Notes: generated by a model not told the origin, from the letters alone. Counted from the stretch's first letter, positions 12,201-25,956 are shown. The stretch: DNA of 64,000 nucleotides from Octopus sinensis (GCF_006345805.1 NC_043000.1:97526001-97590000), one strand, 5' to 3'. Program-made: numbers and translations.

Positions 12201-14412
12201 AATGATCCCTCAGATATTCACCAATAGCTATCCAGAAATGTTGATGCATTAAGCAATAATAATTTACATTCAAAGTAGGTGTGCGGGTTTCAGACTTTCA
12301 TGCGGCTTATCAAGAACACGTTTATTTACTATGTGTATACAGCACTAGTACAGTAAATGTGCACGAATGTAAGGAAATATGGATACAGTGTATTAAATTG
12401 GTACATGGGAGTTATTTTTATTGACCGTGAAGGAATAAAATGTAAATTTAATCTTAGCAGGATTTGAACTCAGAACATACAGGAACTTTACTAAATATCT
12501 CAAACCACCTTTTCCGATGTCCTATCAATTCTTCCAATTTATCGCCCTAATGCGTATTTATATAAGTCCATGTTTGTTTTGATTCGATCCCGGTTTCGTC
12601 GATTCTTTCTTATTTCTTTATTTTTGTTCTGTGCGATACCACGCGTCATTCTGTTCTTGGATGGTTCCAATAACCATATCAGTTTTTTCTCTGAGAAATG
12701 GTTGCGAGCCTCTCACTAAACGCTTTTCCATTTCTAGAGAGATGAACACTATGAGGGGATCTCTACGATTCTTCTCATGGTGTTACGCCGTAGCCGATTC
12801 CGAGAGAAGAATAGACCTCTGTACTTGACTGGTACTTTATCGTACTCAAAAAGATTAACGGCAAAGTTAACCTCGACTAGACTTGAACTCAAAACGTAGG
12901 TAAGTGAGACAAATATTGCAGAGGTCAAACTGATGCTCGGCCAATTCGCCGTCTATGTTACTTGGTACAGAAAATATAAATTGGAAATATGTTGATGAGA
13001 AAATATAAATTCGATATATTACAGTGAAATATGTATCTACTGCACTCGCGATCGCTACTAGGGAGATTTCGTTTCACTCCTCTCTGAAGTACATTGTGGT
13101 TTTTAACACTACATGCCTTTAAAGGAATTTTTCCCGGGCGATAAAATCAGATCCTGGCACTTAAACAATACACGTACGTTAGGTATGTGGTATTGGTAAT
13201 GTTTTTATTTAAATATTTTTTTCTATATTACTTTTTTTCTTTTTCATTTCTTTTTTCTTTTTGTCTGTTGACTTTGTCAGAATGTGATGAGACGTAAATT
13301 CCCTTGACCGTTGAAGTCAATCCGAGTCTTGTGAAATCAATATGGCCTGTGTCCAATTGTAATCTATCTCTACTGCAAAAAAAAAGCGCGTAGGTGGGTA
13401 TGGAGCTATAGATGGTTAATGTTCTGAATCGGGAGGATTTGGTCGGATAGAATATATTTGGGGTGATGAGAATAGGAGAAAGGGGTGTGTTTGGTGGACC
13501 TGGATAGTGAATATACGTAGTTGGCTGGTCCAGAGAAGCAGAGGTCGTTGTCGTAACAACAGAATGAAGCAGAGAGAAAGAAAGAGAGACAAGAGAAAGC
13601 GTCTATGAACTAAAATTGTTAATACACATCAGTAGGATGACATTCTTTTGGGTTCGATATATCGTGTTTCATGCTATTGCCCGGTCCACAGTTACGTGGA
13701 GCGTCAGTTAAACTCTTATGTGAATAGATACCATTCTGACTCAAGTTATGATTTCGAACAGTTCAATCGAGAATACGGCACTAAATGATCGACATAACAA
13801 GAATCAGCTTTCCCACCCGGTATAGTGTGATCGTTTGTAAAACGTGGTGTTCATAAAATACTTTTCTGTAACATAGATATAAGGTCTAAAATTTGAATGC
13901 GGCATATAATCAATTGTATCGACTCCAGTAGTTGGCTATTATTTTATAGACTCAAGAATAAGTCTACTCTAGAAGTATTTTTATTCAGGCGATAAAAGAC
14001 TTTGACTAAATACCACCAGATATTTTATCCAAAGGGCTATATCTTTGTATGAAAGGGGAAATTCTTGTATAGGGACCTCATACTTTGTTGGTACGTATTT
14101 TACCGATACCAGAAGGACGGGATTTGAACTGCAGGCGTCAGTGGACTTAACGTTATGCCTCAAAGTATCTTGTCCTACACTCATTACTGACTATCAATCA
14201 CTGATCTATCAACAATACTAAAAACGGTGATAACTGAATTATCAGTTGAGTTAACTCACCTTCAAACCACATTCTACCGTCTTAAATAAATAAAATTCGA
14301 TGATGTGAGCGTATAAGCACTGTGGCTGTGTACCTGAAAAATACGAAAATGACAAGATGGCTGTGGTTGGAATGCTTTTGATCACTGGTCTGCTTGATCA
14401 GAACTTACCTAG

Positions 14413-14413
14413 A

Positions 14414-14473
<60 letters not shown>

Positions 14474-14490
14474 ATGATGATGATGATGAT
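14413..14490. repeat. (TAG)n/(TGA)n microsatellite at 5' junction of LINE
   Basis: Read directly. Confidence 0.95.
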
Positions 14491-16088
14491 ACTGTGCATG
14501 ATACCACCTAACACTGGTTCTGAAGAATGCAAAGGCTGGGTATGTATTCAAGAGCCGCCAACAAAAAGTCAACCACTTGTTATTCATGGATGACTTTACG
14601 GAAAAAGATGAATCTCAAGTCAGTTCCCTCGTTGATACAGTGTATACTTTCAGTGCTGATATCAGAATGGGGTTCGGACTGAAAAAGTGTGGTGTGTTAG
14701 TCTTGAAGAGAGGCAAAATCAATTGTAGCGTTACCGTTGGAGGAGGTTATGAACCAGATAGAAGAGACGGGCTGTAAGTATTTGGGGATACAGGAAAAGG
14801 ATAACTTGGTGGAGAATGAAATGAGAGAAAAATTTAAGGTGGAGTACTTGCGCAGATTGAAACTGATACTTAAGTCGAAATTAAACGGACGGAATAAGAT
14901 TGAAGCTATCAACACCTAGGCGGTTTCACTCCTTAGATATGGAGCAGGGGTAATCGCATGGACAGTAGACGAACTAAACAACTTAGACAGAAAGACAAGG
15001 AAGTTGCTGGGTAGATGTAGGAGACTCCACCCAAAATGTGACACAGACAGACTGTATGTACCAAGAAAACGAGGAGAAAAGGACTGATTGGATGTGAATG
15101 CAGCATTGGAGCAGAAGAAAACAACATAGCATGGTATGTAAAAAAAAATGTCACAGAACCGCTATTATTGGAATTAAGGTTAGGCTTATGTAGGATGGAA
15201 GATTGCAAAGATAAAGCATTTGAGAATGAATGAAACTGATGGGTGGATAAAGAAAAGAATGCATGAACAATTTCATAAGGATGTTGAAGATAAGACAGAG
15301 AAAAAAATGGCTATGGATGACTAAAAGTGATTTAAAACCGGAAACAGAGGCTCTAATCTTTGCTGCTTAAGAGCAAGCATTAAAAACCTATTACATCAAA
15401 TATCGAATAGACAACACATCATAAAGTGATAAGTGCAGAATTTGTGGACAAAATGGTGAAACCGTATGGCATATTACCAGTCAAAGAACGCCACTAGCCC
15501 AGAAAGAATATAAGAGACGTCATGACAATATAGCAAGGATTGTCCATTGGACACTTTGCAACAAGTATGGATTTGACAGAGCAAAAAATTGGGATGAACA
15601 TAAACCCGAAAGCATCATCGAAAATAATAATGCAAAGATCTTATGGAATTTTATGATTCATTGCGACCATGACATAGAAAAGAGGAAGCCAGACATAGTC
15701 TTCAGAAAGAAAGCAAACGATGCTGGATCATAGATATAGCATGCCCAGCTGACAACAAGGTATGCGATAAGGAAGAAAGATAAGTCGATAGATAAACAGG
15801 TTAGCTTGGGAAGTTAAGCTGTTGTGGTCGCTGAAAAAGTAGTATCAATAATTGTCGGAGCCCTGGGAAGAGTGAGTAAAAGTCTTGAGATGTACATGGA
15901 ACAAATAGGGGCCTCAACAAGTGTGGAGCACTTGCAGAGAAGAGCACTGCTTGTAGCCACTCGAATACTCGGAATAGTGCTCGAAAAATAATGGATGTTA
16001 CCTTAGTTCACTAGTAGTGAACAGCTAACACCGTAGTACATCTCCAGCGTTAGAAGCTGTGCAAAGACAATAAAATAATAATAATAAT
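14490..16088 (+). mobile_element. 5'-truncated, decayed R4/Dong-clade non-LTR retrotransposon (RT C-terminus, CCHC region, restriction-like endonuclease)
   Basis: Frameshifted motifs HLLFMDD, FGLKKC, KYLG, LKSKLNGRNKIEAINT, HPKCDTDRLYVPR, CRICGQNGETVWHI, KRRHDNIARIVHW, KPDIV, IIDIACP, IVGALG; (AAT)n tail. Confidence 0.92.
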
Positions 16089-16359
16089 CCTTTCTACTAT
16101 AAGCATGAGGCCTTAAATTTGGGGAAGAGAGGCTGGTCGATTACATCGATACAAGTGTACGACTGGTTTTTAATGAAAAGTAGGGTCGACTTAGACTGAA
16201 TTTGAACTCAGAACATAAGATGGACGAAACGCCGACCTCGAAAGGGTGAAAGGCAAAGTCACACTCAAATTAAACCATAACGCCTTAAAGAATGAAGAAC
16301 ATTAAATAACGTGGTCGCAAGTACGCAATATCTAAAATAAATGGTGGGACGGTCAATCC

Positions 16360-16685
16360 CACTGCGTGGCACCTGGGGTAAGTGTCTTCTGCTTTAGCCC
16401 CGTGCCAACCAGGGCCTTATGAGTGGATTTGGTGGACGGAAACTGAAAGAAGCTCTTCGTATATGTGTGTTTTTGTCTTTGCGTTTGTCCACCCGCCGCA
16501 CCTTGACAGTTGCTGTTGGTTTGTTTGTGTTCCCATAACTTATCGGATCAGCAAAAGCAAAACGACAAAATAAGTACCAGACTTAATAAAACTAGTGCTG
16601 GTGTCGGTTTGTTCGACTAAACCATTCAAGGTGGTGCCCCAGTTTGGCCGCAGTCTAATGAGTGAAACAAGTAAAAGATAAAGAG
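16360..16685 (+). mobile_element. SINE family A, degraded
   Basis: A body and tail motifs. Confidence 0.78.
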
Positions 16686-16977
16686 ATTGCTTGGTTAGGG
16701 TTGACCTGTAACTAAACAAGCACGACGACGACGACACGAAGACGATGAATTTTGCATTATGAATAAGTCGTTTGACATGAGCAGTTTTTCAGTGCACACT
16801 TTGTCAATAAATGGATTAGTGTCAAGTACCAGTTGTTAACACCAGCTGACCCTGGCGAATCATTTAATACCTGAGATACGATAACATGATAAGTATTTTT
16901 TTGTTTTTTTTTGCATTAATCAGCATGGGTCCAACGTAATTTGACACAGGTTGTAATCTGGGTGTATAAAGTTTTCA

Positions 16978-17279
16978 CAGGCATGGGTGTGTGGTTAAGG
17001 AGCTTGCTTCCCAACCATGTGGTCTTGGGTTCAGTCCACTACGAGACACATTGGGCAAGTGTCTTCAGCTATAGCTTCAGACCGACCAAAGTCTTGTAAG
17101 TGAATTTGGTAGTCGGAAACTGAAAAGAAGCCCGCCCGTTCCATGTGTGTGTATGGATATGCCTGCGTGCGTGGATGCGTGTGCATGTGCCTGTACGTGT
17201 GTGTGCGTGTACGTGTGTGTGCGTGTACGTGTGTGTGCGTGTGCGTGTGTGTGCGTGTACGTGTGTGTGCGTGTACGTG

Positions 17280-17331
<52 letters not shown>

Positions 17332-17450
17332 TGTATCGACGCATGTGTTTATGTTGTGTTTTCCCCACCCCAATCGCTTGATAAACGATAAAAGAGACCG
17401 ATAGAATAACTTCCGGATTTAAAAATAAGTATTGGAATCGATTTGTTTGA
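16978..17450 (+). mobile_element. SINE family A with expanded (TG/CG) repeat
   Basis: A head and body with long internal GT-rich tract. Confidence 0.8.
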
Positions 17451-17783
17451 CAAAAGAAGAAAAATAGGAAAAAAAAAGAAAAAAGATTCGGCCCTTCAAT
17501 TTCAAGCGCTATTGGAGTCGACTTTAGCCCTCATTCATAAGCAGTTCGCAAAATCTTTCTCTAGAAAATTTTCTAAGGTTATCAAACGTAATAGAGTGAA
17601 GTAATATATCCAAAAATAATTTTGGTTCTCATCTGCGTAGAGTTGCATAACGTTTGGAGCTTCTGGAAAGATTATTCATTAACTAAATTAGTAGAATATA
17701 ATTACAAATGGTATATCATTTTCGTACAAAATATAAGCTTTTGCCAGAGTCAAACTATATAAAAAAAAAACATTGTTGCTTAC

Positions 17784-17925
17784 TCCGTCCCCATTGACGT
17801 GATTCATCCGACCTTCGTCAGATTTCTCACGAAGCAGCCTGTTATTCTTCCCGTCGGAATTCTTTCCATTGGAACTCTCTCCTGTCCTCATCTTTCCGGC
17901 AGACATTGATTTACAAACATTTGCA
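17784..17925 (-). other. Candidate host-gene exon (possible N-terminal coding exon MSAGKMRTGESSNGKNSDGKNNRLLREKSDEGRMNHVNGDG)
   Basis: Non-repetitive, higher-GC stretch bounded by a pyrimidine-rich acceptor (TTTTTTGATCAG|) and donor (GGA|GTAAGC); open frame from ATG at 17906. Confidence 0.4.
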
Positions 17926-18367
17926 CTGATCAAAAAAGGTCAAAAAGGGTAAAGACAACCATTAAAGTTTGATTTAAAAAAGCTGATTTGAATTAGAATT
18001 TCAGCAATGCAATAAGGTTTGAAAATTATCTTAGCAACACAGTGATAATTCTGGATGTAATTCTTTCTATTAGACCCCCTTAGTGAACTATTATCTTTAA
18101 AAAGAAATTAAAAACGTTGTAATGATATCACAGAGAGCAATTTATGTATTTTTAATTTCTATTTATCTATTTGTATATTTTCAGGTTTGATCCGTTCGTG
18201 AGCAAGCGTGTTGTGACCCGTCATATCTCGTAACAGATTTTAATACAAACAACGAGATAAATGAAATTAACATATCCTTAAACAAATATTACCCTTTGCT
18301 GCTGAGATAAAGAATATTAAATGATTTCCTCAGATTTGCTCAACAAAATCATAACACAGTAGGAAAT

Positions 18368-18600
18368 AAGGCGGCGAGCTGGCAGAAACGTTAGCACGCC
18401 GGGCGAAATGCGTAGCTGTATTTCGTCTGCCGCTACGTTCTGAGTTCAAATTCCGCCGAGGTCGACTTTGCCTTTCATCATTTCGGGGTCGATAAATTAA
18501 GTACCAGTTACGCACTGAGGTCGATGTAATCGACTTAATCCGTTTGTTTGTACTTGTTCGTCCCCTCTGTGTTTAGCCCCTTGTGGGTAGTAAGGAAATA
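18368..18600 (+). mobile_element. SINE family B, full length
   Basis: AGGCGGCGAGCTGGCAGAAACGTTAG...GCCTTTCATCATTTCGGGGTCGATAAATTAAGTACCAG...; imperfect flanking duplication CATAAC..AGTAGGAAA. Confidence 0.88.
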
Positions 18601-19094
18601 CATAACCATAGTAGGAAAGTGGCAGTAGTGCGTACTGCTCCCAAAGTTCCATGTTCAATTTCTAATCAAGAAAACATTGAACATTTCGCACACCTTTACT
18701 GCTTATAGTCATGCTGGGGCACCATCTTTAAGAGAATTAGTCGATCGCATCAACTCAGTTCTTATAACAGTTTGATGCATATTTCTTCAATATGAATTAT
18801 CGATTACTTTAGTTATCTTTCATGTAGAGTGATGCAATTCGACATATACAGACACATATGTACACACAAGCAAACTAACATACACGTACGTATTTTCACA
18901 CATATCCATTAATGTGTGCGTGCACACACACACGTACGTATATACATACATAACTTCTACTTTAAAATGACCTTATTTGATACTACAGAATATGTGCACA
19001 AAGTAGGATGAATGCCAACTTTAGTTGTTCAAGGGTAGGCTTACTATTTGGCTCGTTCTGTTGTATGCCTGCCTAATGAAAAGCAAATTTCGGC

Positions 19095-19123
19095 AACCGG
19101 GCAAAGCCGAGTGACTCGGCTAG
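19095..19123 (+). mobile_element. Possible Helitron-like 3' terminus
   Basis: CGGGCAAAGCCGAGTGACTCGGCTAG|T: GC-rich inverted repeat ending in CTAG before a T. Confidence 0.3.
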
Positions 19124-20129
19124 TTTAAAATAAACGTTCACAAAGTAAGATTGGGATCCAACCTGTTTGGCAATCTTTATGTAACGATTTGATGTAACCA
19201 AGAGTTTGAAGAAGCAACAGTAAGAAACCCTTTAAAAGCAAACCCGTGTTTGTGATAATAAATAAATAAATAAATAAGACCTTGAGGAAACTCGTGGTGA
19301 TCTGTGTAAAAAAAATCATGTAGTTGACAAGTTTCATAACTTTATTACTCATCAAAAGAAAGGTTTGCTTGGAACGTTAATATTAACTTCTCACTAAAAC
19401 ACATTTTCATCCATATTTAAGAACTGTTTTCAGATAAGTTACGAAAAACGATAGAAGCCATTTTTTCATTGTGTGCCTTTGTGTGTGTGCGAGCGAGCGC
19501 GTGTGCGAGCGAGCGCGTGTGCGAGCGAGCGCGTGCGCGTGCATGTATACATGTGCGCGTGCGTGTGTGAGAGAGGAGAGGTGAGATGTGAGTACGAACC
19601 TCCTTTGAAGGAACGTAAACTTTTTTACTAGAGGCGTTCTTCATCCAAGAAGCAGAAACACACACAAACATTTATAATGTGTCCTAAATTGGTCTATATA
19701 CTGGTGCGTCAGTGAAAAGTTAGTATACATTTATGAAAAAAAATATATAGAGTAACAGAACGAAAATGTTATACTTCATAATGTCTCCAGGATATGAAAT
19801 ATAGGAATGATATAGATTAAATGCTTAATTGTTAGATTACCTGGTCTTAGATAATTAAATCAAATCTACTGCAGGCATTTCGTTTTGTTACTGGGTTTTG
19901 TTACACGATTACTATTCTACATTGCCTCAGTTCTCATGGATAGGTGCCCGATAATCCGGGAAAAGTGGGTGATTCTTAATTTTATTAATACTTTTAATTG
20001 ATGAAGGTCAAAGATCTTACTATTTGTTACATCTGTGTGCGGCATGAAAAGAAAATGTTATCATTTTGTCTTCGATTGCTTTTCATGACTTGTTTGAAAA
20101 CAGTTCTTAAATATGGATGAGTTCGTCGG

Positions 20130-20575
20130 CGATAACATAGCTGTGTGGTAGGAAGTTTACTTCTCGACCACTTTGTTTCGGATTCAGTTCCACTGCATTG
20201 CGACTTGGGCAAATGTCTTCTACTATAGCCTTGGGTCGACCAAAGCATTGTGAGCGGATGATTTTGGTGGACGAAAACTGAAAGAAGACCGTCGTATTTA
20301 TCTATTTATGTGTGTGTGTGTCTGTGTGTGTGTGTGTGTGTGGTGTGTGTGTGTGTGTTTGAGTGTATCCCCATCACCGCTTGACAATCGGTGCTGGATT
20401 CTTTACATCCTTGTAACTTAGCGGTTCGACAAGTAACTTAGCGGTTCGACAAAAGCAAACGATAGAAAAAGTACCATGTATGGGGGTCGATTTGTTTGAC
20501 TGAAATTCTTTAAGGCAGCGCCCCAGCATGACCGCAATCCAATAAATGACACAAGTAAAATGATAAAGGAAAGAT
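20130..20575 (+). mobile_element. SINE family A
   Basis: A consensus; internal duplication of GTAACTTAGCGGTTCGACAA. Confidence 0.82.
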
Positions 20576-20722
20576 ATATTTATATAGTTATGGTATATTC
20601 TGTTACGATCATAGTAGAGTACAATATAAAGCTCGTCCACCTTCAGATTTCACCCTGTGCTATCCAATAATTATACGTACTTCCAGGTTTGCGTTTGGGT
20701 TTCTGTCGCGTGTGAATAGGTA

Positions 20723-21157
20723 ATTGAAAAAATTTGGAGTCAATAAGAAGGAGTACGGTTGGACATTTATCTTCAATCACTACAATTGTTTCTACGCAAC
20801 ATAATTCTCTAGGCGTACAGGTACTTGATTATGCAACCGTTTCTCGGCATAATGAGATCTAGTTGTGTTTCATCGGGCGATATGTAAAATTTGTCTCCGT
20901 AAGTTCAACTTCTCGACTTTAAGAGCATCCTCTCTGTCTGTTGTAGCCTGAAGTTAGTAATAGCCACTGAGTTTGTTGTTGCTGAAGAACAATATTTACA
21001 TAACGCCTGAGGAAACACAACTAGATCTCATAATGCATGGAAATGGTTGCATAATCAAGTACTTGCACGCCTGGAGAACCACGTTGCGTAGAAACAACAG
21101 TAGTGATTGAAAATGAATGTCCAACTGTACTTCTTGTTGACTCCAATTACTTTCAAC
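20723..21157. mobile_element. MITE with ~170-bp terminal inverted repeats, TA-flanked
   Basis: Left TTGGAGTCAATAAGAAG...ATGAGATCTAGTTGTGTTTC matches the reverse complement of right GAAACACAACTAGATCTCAT...CTTCTTGTTGACTCCAA; TA on both sides. Confidence 0.85.
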
Positions 21158-21507
21158 TATATATATATATATATATATGTGCGTGTGTACATGTAACATA
21201 TGCAATAGATATATAAACAGGACAAATTTAACCATTTCTTCGTAGATTAAAAAAAAATGATAAACAGATTTTCTCGATTTTCGAAATACATTGGATTCTC
21301 ATCAGAGGAGACTATGTCGCTTTTACCAAACGCAAGCAAATAATCTACCAATCTGTTTATATACTCAACAAATCCAGTAGCTACCGAAAACTGGGTCGGC
21401 TAATTTGCATATCATAAGTGATTAACACTATAATACGAAGGGGATCTCAATACATACAGTATCAAATTATGTTATAATATATGTAGCCTATGAAGCAGGT
21501 ATATATA

Positions 21508-21575
<68 letters not shown>

Positions 21576-21673
21576 TTATATATATATATATGTGTTTGTG
21601 TGTGTGTGTGTGATTGGGTATTATCTGGTATTTGATTATTGATTAAGGTGTATTTCTCCATTTTCTTATTTTG

Positions 21674-21716
<43 letters not shown>

Positions 21717-22044
21717 GGTTATGTTATATGTGCGTATTTATGCTCGTTCGTGTTTGTGTGTGAGCATGCGTATGTGCTTATGTCAATGCTTAGAGTTGAC
21801 AAAGTGGTTGGGTTGATTTGTCAATTAGTGCGCGAGTTTTGCCATGTAACAACCCATGTTTAACAAGCAGCTGAACCTTTATTTATCACCTTAAAAACAT
21901 TCGTTAGGAACTTGTGCTTGATGAGCATTTAAAAAAGTGCTAATCACTTCGTGCAGTTTTCTGATCCAAACCGTTGATTTGAATAACCTTCAATGTCGGT
22001 GGAATTTGAACTAGAATGTAAAGACGGGCGAAATGCCGCTTAAC

Positions 22045-22091
<47 letters not shown>

Positions 22092-22114
22092 TATATATTA
22101 TATATATATATATA

Positions 22115-22510
22115 GTTAATCCAAGCATGAAAACACGGCCCAGGAAAGGAAAGAAAGAAGGAGGATTTAACGTTTCGAGCGGAGCTCTTCGTCAGAAACA
22201 TAGAAAGAGGAAAGATCCAAGGAAAGGAAGACGGAGAAAAAATTTGCCAACGATGCACACGCGGTCACATATTGAAAGGAGTGGGTGAAAAAAATGTTCT
22301 TTCGAAGACAGGAGAGTGCAAGAGAAGGAGGTATGTGTGTATGTGTGGGTATGTGCGTGCGCGCAGGTCTGTGTGTGTGTAATGATAGCACGTGTGTCTC
22401 TCTGTGTATGTGTGTGAATGTGTGTGTGTGGTTGTGGCTGTTAATCTATGTGTGTAGTTGGGCTTAGTATCGTTTAAGGTCATAGGAAGAATTTATAGTA
22501 GGAGTGGCTG
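22115..22510 (-). mobile_element. Penelope-like element 3' end (inverted copy) with hammerhead
   Basis: Homologous to 25840-26048 on the opposite strand; ends TTGGATTAAC into (TA)n. Confidence 0.75.
22165..22199 (-). ncRNA. Minimal type I hammerhead motif
   Basis: GTTT-CTGACGA-A-GAG(CTCCG)CTC-GAAA-CG-TT-AAAT; palindromic stem III AACGTT; short stem I. Confidence 0.7.
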
Positions 22511-22519
22511 CTGTCGTGT

Positions 22520-23126
22520 CTCTCCCTCCCAACCGCACCCCCTTCCCCCTCATTTTCCACCCCTCTACCCTACCCCTTCGTCGCAAGATACTACGTGCCT
22601 TCCGTCGCCTCCAGCTTGATCCCACCACCCGCCCCATTTTCCCTAACGAGCCCGCAATCTGCGTGACCTCCTGGTCCACAGCACCCTCTCTCCTTCCCCC
22701 TCAGCCCCACACGGATCATTCCCTTGCTCTAGATCCCGCTGCAACACTTGCCCCTTCATCACCAACACCACCGCTGTCACCGGCTCCAACCTGCATACTG
22801 TACGCATTAGGCACTCTTTTACGTGCACCTCGTCTGGCCTTATTTACTGCATTAAATGCAACCTATGCGGGATGCTGTATGTAGGACAGACGGGACGCCG
22901 GTTGTCCGACCGTTTCACTGAACACTTGAGGGACGTTCGCCTACACTCTTTTTCTCCCGTCGCACGCCACTTCCGCTCGGCCGGCCATTCCCTAGATGAC
23001 ATCTCAGTGTTTGGTCTCGCCCCCCACAAAGGTCGCCCACTTTCCAGGCTCCACTTGGAGCAACGCTACATCTTCACCCTACAAACTACCACCCCACACG
23101 GACTTAACACAGCCCCCTCCTCTTGA
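22520..23126 (+). pseudogene. Penelope-like (Neptune-type) linker and GIY-YIG endonuclease, frameshifted near 22645
   Basis: PFPLIFHP...LQLDPTTRPIFP, then open frame 22647-23126: RARNLRDLLVHS...CSRSRCNTC...FTCTSSGLIYCIKCNLCGMLYVGQTGRRLSDRFTEH...PVARHF...EQRYIFTLQTTTPHGLN. Confidence 0.9.
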
Positions 23127-23149
23127 GATCCGTTTTTTTTTTCCCGGAC

Positions 23150-25190
23150 ACACCACCCACACACACCCACCCACCTACCTCCCACACGCCTGTTCACACA
23201 CACACATACGTAGACCCATCTACGTACATACATTCACACATTTAATCACACACACTTACAGACATACTTGCACACACTAACATACAAACCAACATGCACA
23301 TACACACACACATACATACACACACACATACATACTTACACACACACACACACAGAGAGACATACATACACACATACACACACACATACATACGCACATA
23401 CATACACACACACTCACACACACACACCGCACGTACATACTTCACACACACACACATGCACACATACATGTAGGCACATACATACATACATACCCACACA
23501 TGCACACCCTTACACTGAATGCACACACACATACACCTTTTTGCATCCAGGTAGCCCCGCTCTTTTCTGCTTTCCGGTTTTGGCTGATGGATCCTCGGTT
23601 CCCGCGTAGCGGGGCGTTCGAGGGCCTTTGCGCTCGCGCGCCTTGGCGCGCGCTGGAGGCTTGGTCGGCCCCTTGGGCTTACGTTGTACTGCTTGTGCGT
23701 TGTGTGCGTGAGCGCGCTTCGTGTGTGTGGGCTTGCTTCGGATGTGCGCATGCGTATGTATGCATACATACCCACACACGCGCATGCATCCCTACCCACA
23801 TACATACACGCACACCTACTCACACACACACATACACACACACACACATACCTGCACACACACACACATACATACATACACACACATACCTACTTCAGAC
23901 ATACACACACACAGACATACACCCATACACTCACACTCACACGCATACACACACACACATACACACGCACACGTACACATACACACACACACACACACCA
24001 CACACACCTACATACACATGCATACACACACACACATACACACACACACCTACACTCCCACACACATACACACACACACACACACACATACATACACACT
24101 CACACAAACATACACACACACAGACACACACCCATACATACAAACATCTACACACACACGCCTACACACATACATACACACATACATAAACACACACACA
24201 TACCTACATACTCCTATACGCACATACATACACACAGACATACACACATACACACTCACACAAACATACACACACACATACTTACACACACACTCACCTG
24301 CACGCGCACACACATGCATGACAAACACCCATACACTCACACTCACATACGCACACACCAACCTAAACACGCACACGCACACACACACCTACACTCCCAC
24401 ACACATACACACGCACCTACATACACACACGCACGCATACACACGCATACACACATACATTACACACGTACACACACACCTACATACACATGCATACACA
24501 CACACACACAAACATGCACGGACACACCCAGACATACACACATACACCTATATACACACGCCCACACACCTACATACACACACATATACACACGCCCACA
24601 CACCGACATACACACACATACATACACACACATACACGGACACACCCATACATACTTACATACATACACCTATACACACACGCCTACACACCTACATACA
24701 CACACATGCATGCACACACACACATGTACGCACATACACACACATATACGCACATACATATATACCCACACACATGCACACACACACACATACGCACATG
24801 CATGCATGCATGCACACGCGCACACCTACACGCATACACACACACACATGCACGTACACATACATACATACACACACGCATACATACACCCATATACATA
24901 CATGCATCCTACTCACACATACATACACACTCACACATACATACACACACACACACTCACTCACACACCTGTATGTACGCGCACACACATGCACATACAC
25001 ACACTTCCCCACACCCACACGTACATACATACACACTCATACACATACACACACACACACACACGGACATACATCTATGCACACACATATATACACACAT
25101 ACTCACATACATTCATCGGACACACTGCCACCCAGACATACACACAGACACACTCACACATCCACACACATACATACTTACGCGCATACT
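23150..25190. repeat. Degenerate (CA)/(CATA) low-complexity tract
   Basis: Read directly; source of the 564-aa and 584-aa His/Thr ORFs. Confidence 0.95.
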
Positions 25191-25920
25191 CGCAGGCGCG
25201 CGCACACACTCGCTTGCGCCGGTTCGCGCACGCATACGCGCCGCATGCACCTCGCTCTTGGACCCGACGAGACCTCCCGCCCGTTCCTGGGACCGTCGCT
25301 TGTCGTTGGGTTTTCCCACGCCCGTCTCCGCGGGACCACTCTTCCATCTTCCCCTCAGCTGGAGTCCTTTTTCCTTAACCCCCCCCCTTTTTCGTTACAC
25401 ACACGCGCACACATATACACACATTGCTTAAATATATACATTACTCTTACACACATTCAATCTACTCGCCATTAATACTACCACGACACTGGACACACAC
25501 ACACACTACTACTCAACACACGCTGGCACGCTACATACGCCCCCACCCCTTCCCCTCCCTCCCTTTCTCCTTCCTTCTTTTTCTTACTACTGACCTTTGT
25601 CTGCTAAGCTGACCACTGTCTCGCCCTACCTCACACGCCTACACACAGACGCACACACTAACACATACATATATTTTTTGTTTTTTTATCTCGCCTCACA
25701 CACACACATACACACACGCAGACGCACACACTCACACATACACACACATCTGTTGCGTTACCAACCTTGTCTCCACTCTTTTGCCTTTAAAAACCTACTT
25801 TGCTCTTGTTATCGTAAACATCCGCCTTTCACCATGTGCAACTCGTAAACACCAGTCGTTTTTTTTCTCTATCCCTGTTGCCCGCTCTGGGATCTTTCTT
25901 TCCTCTCTCTTCCTTCTTTA

Positions 25921-25956
25921 TGTTTCCGACGAAGAGCTCCGCTCGAAACGTCATAC
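25921..25956 (+). ncRNA. Minimal hammerhead motif with U4C core change
   Basis: TGTTT-CCGACGA-A-GAG(CTCCG)CTC-GAAA-CG-TC-ATAC; stem I poor. Confidence 0.6.

Noticed and set aside
21270-21310. CTGATGA-GAA...TTC-GAAA motif
   Set aside because: No stem I and no valid cleavage triplet
23550-23630. HDV-like ribozyme (GGA-TCCTCGGT-TCC resembles P3/L3)
   Set aside because: No P1 register is compatible with the spacing and the required P1.1 GG
23684-25475. 564-aa and 584-aa His/Thr-rich ORFs
   Set aside because: Translations of a degenerate CA repeat that lacks stop codons; overlapping frames are all open
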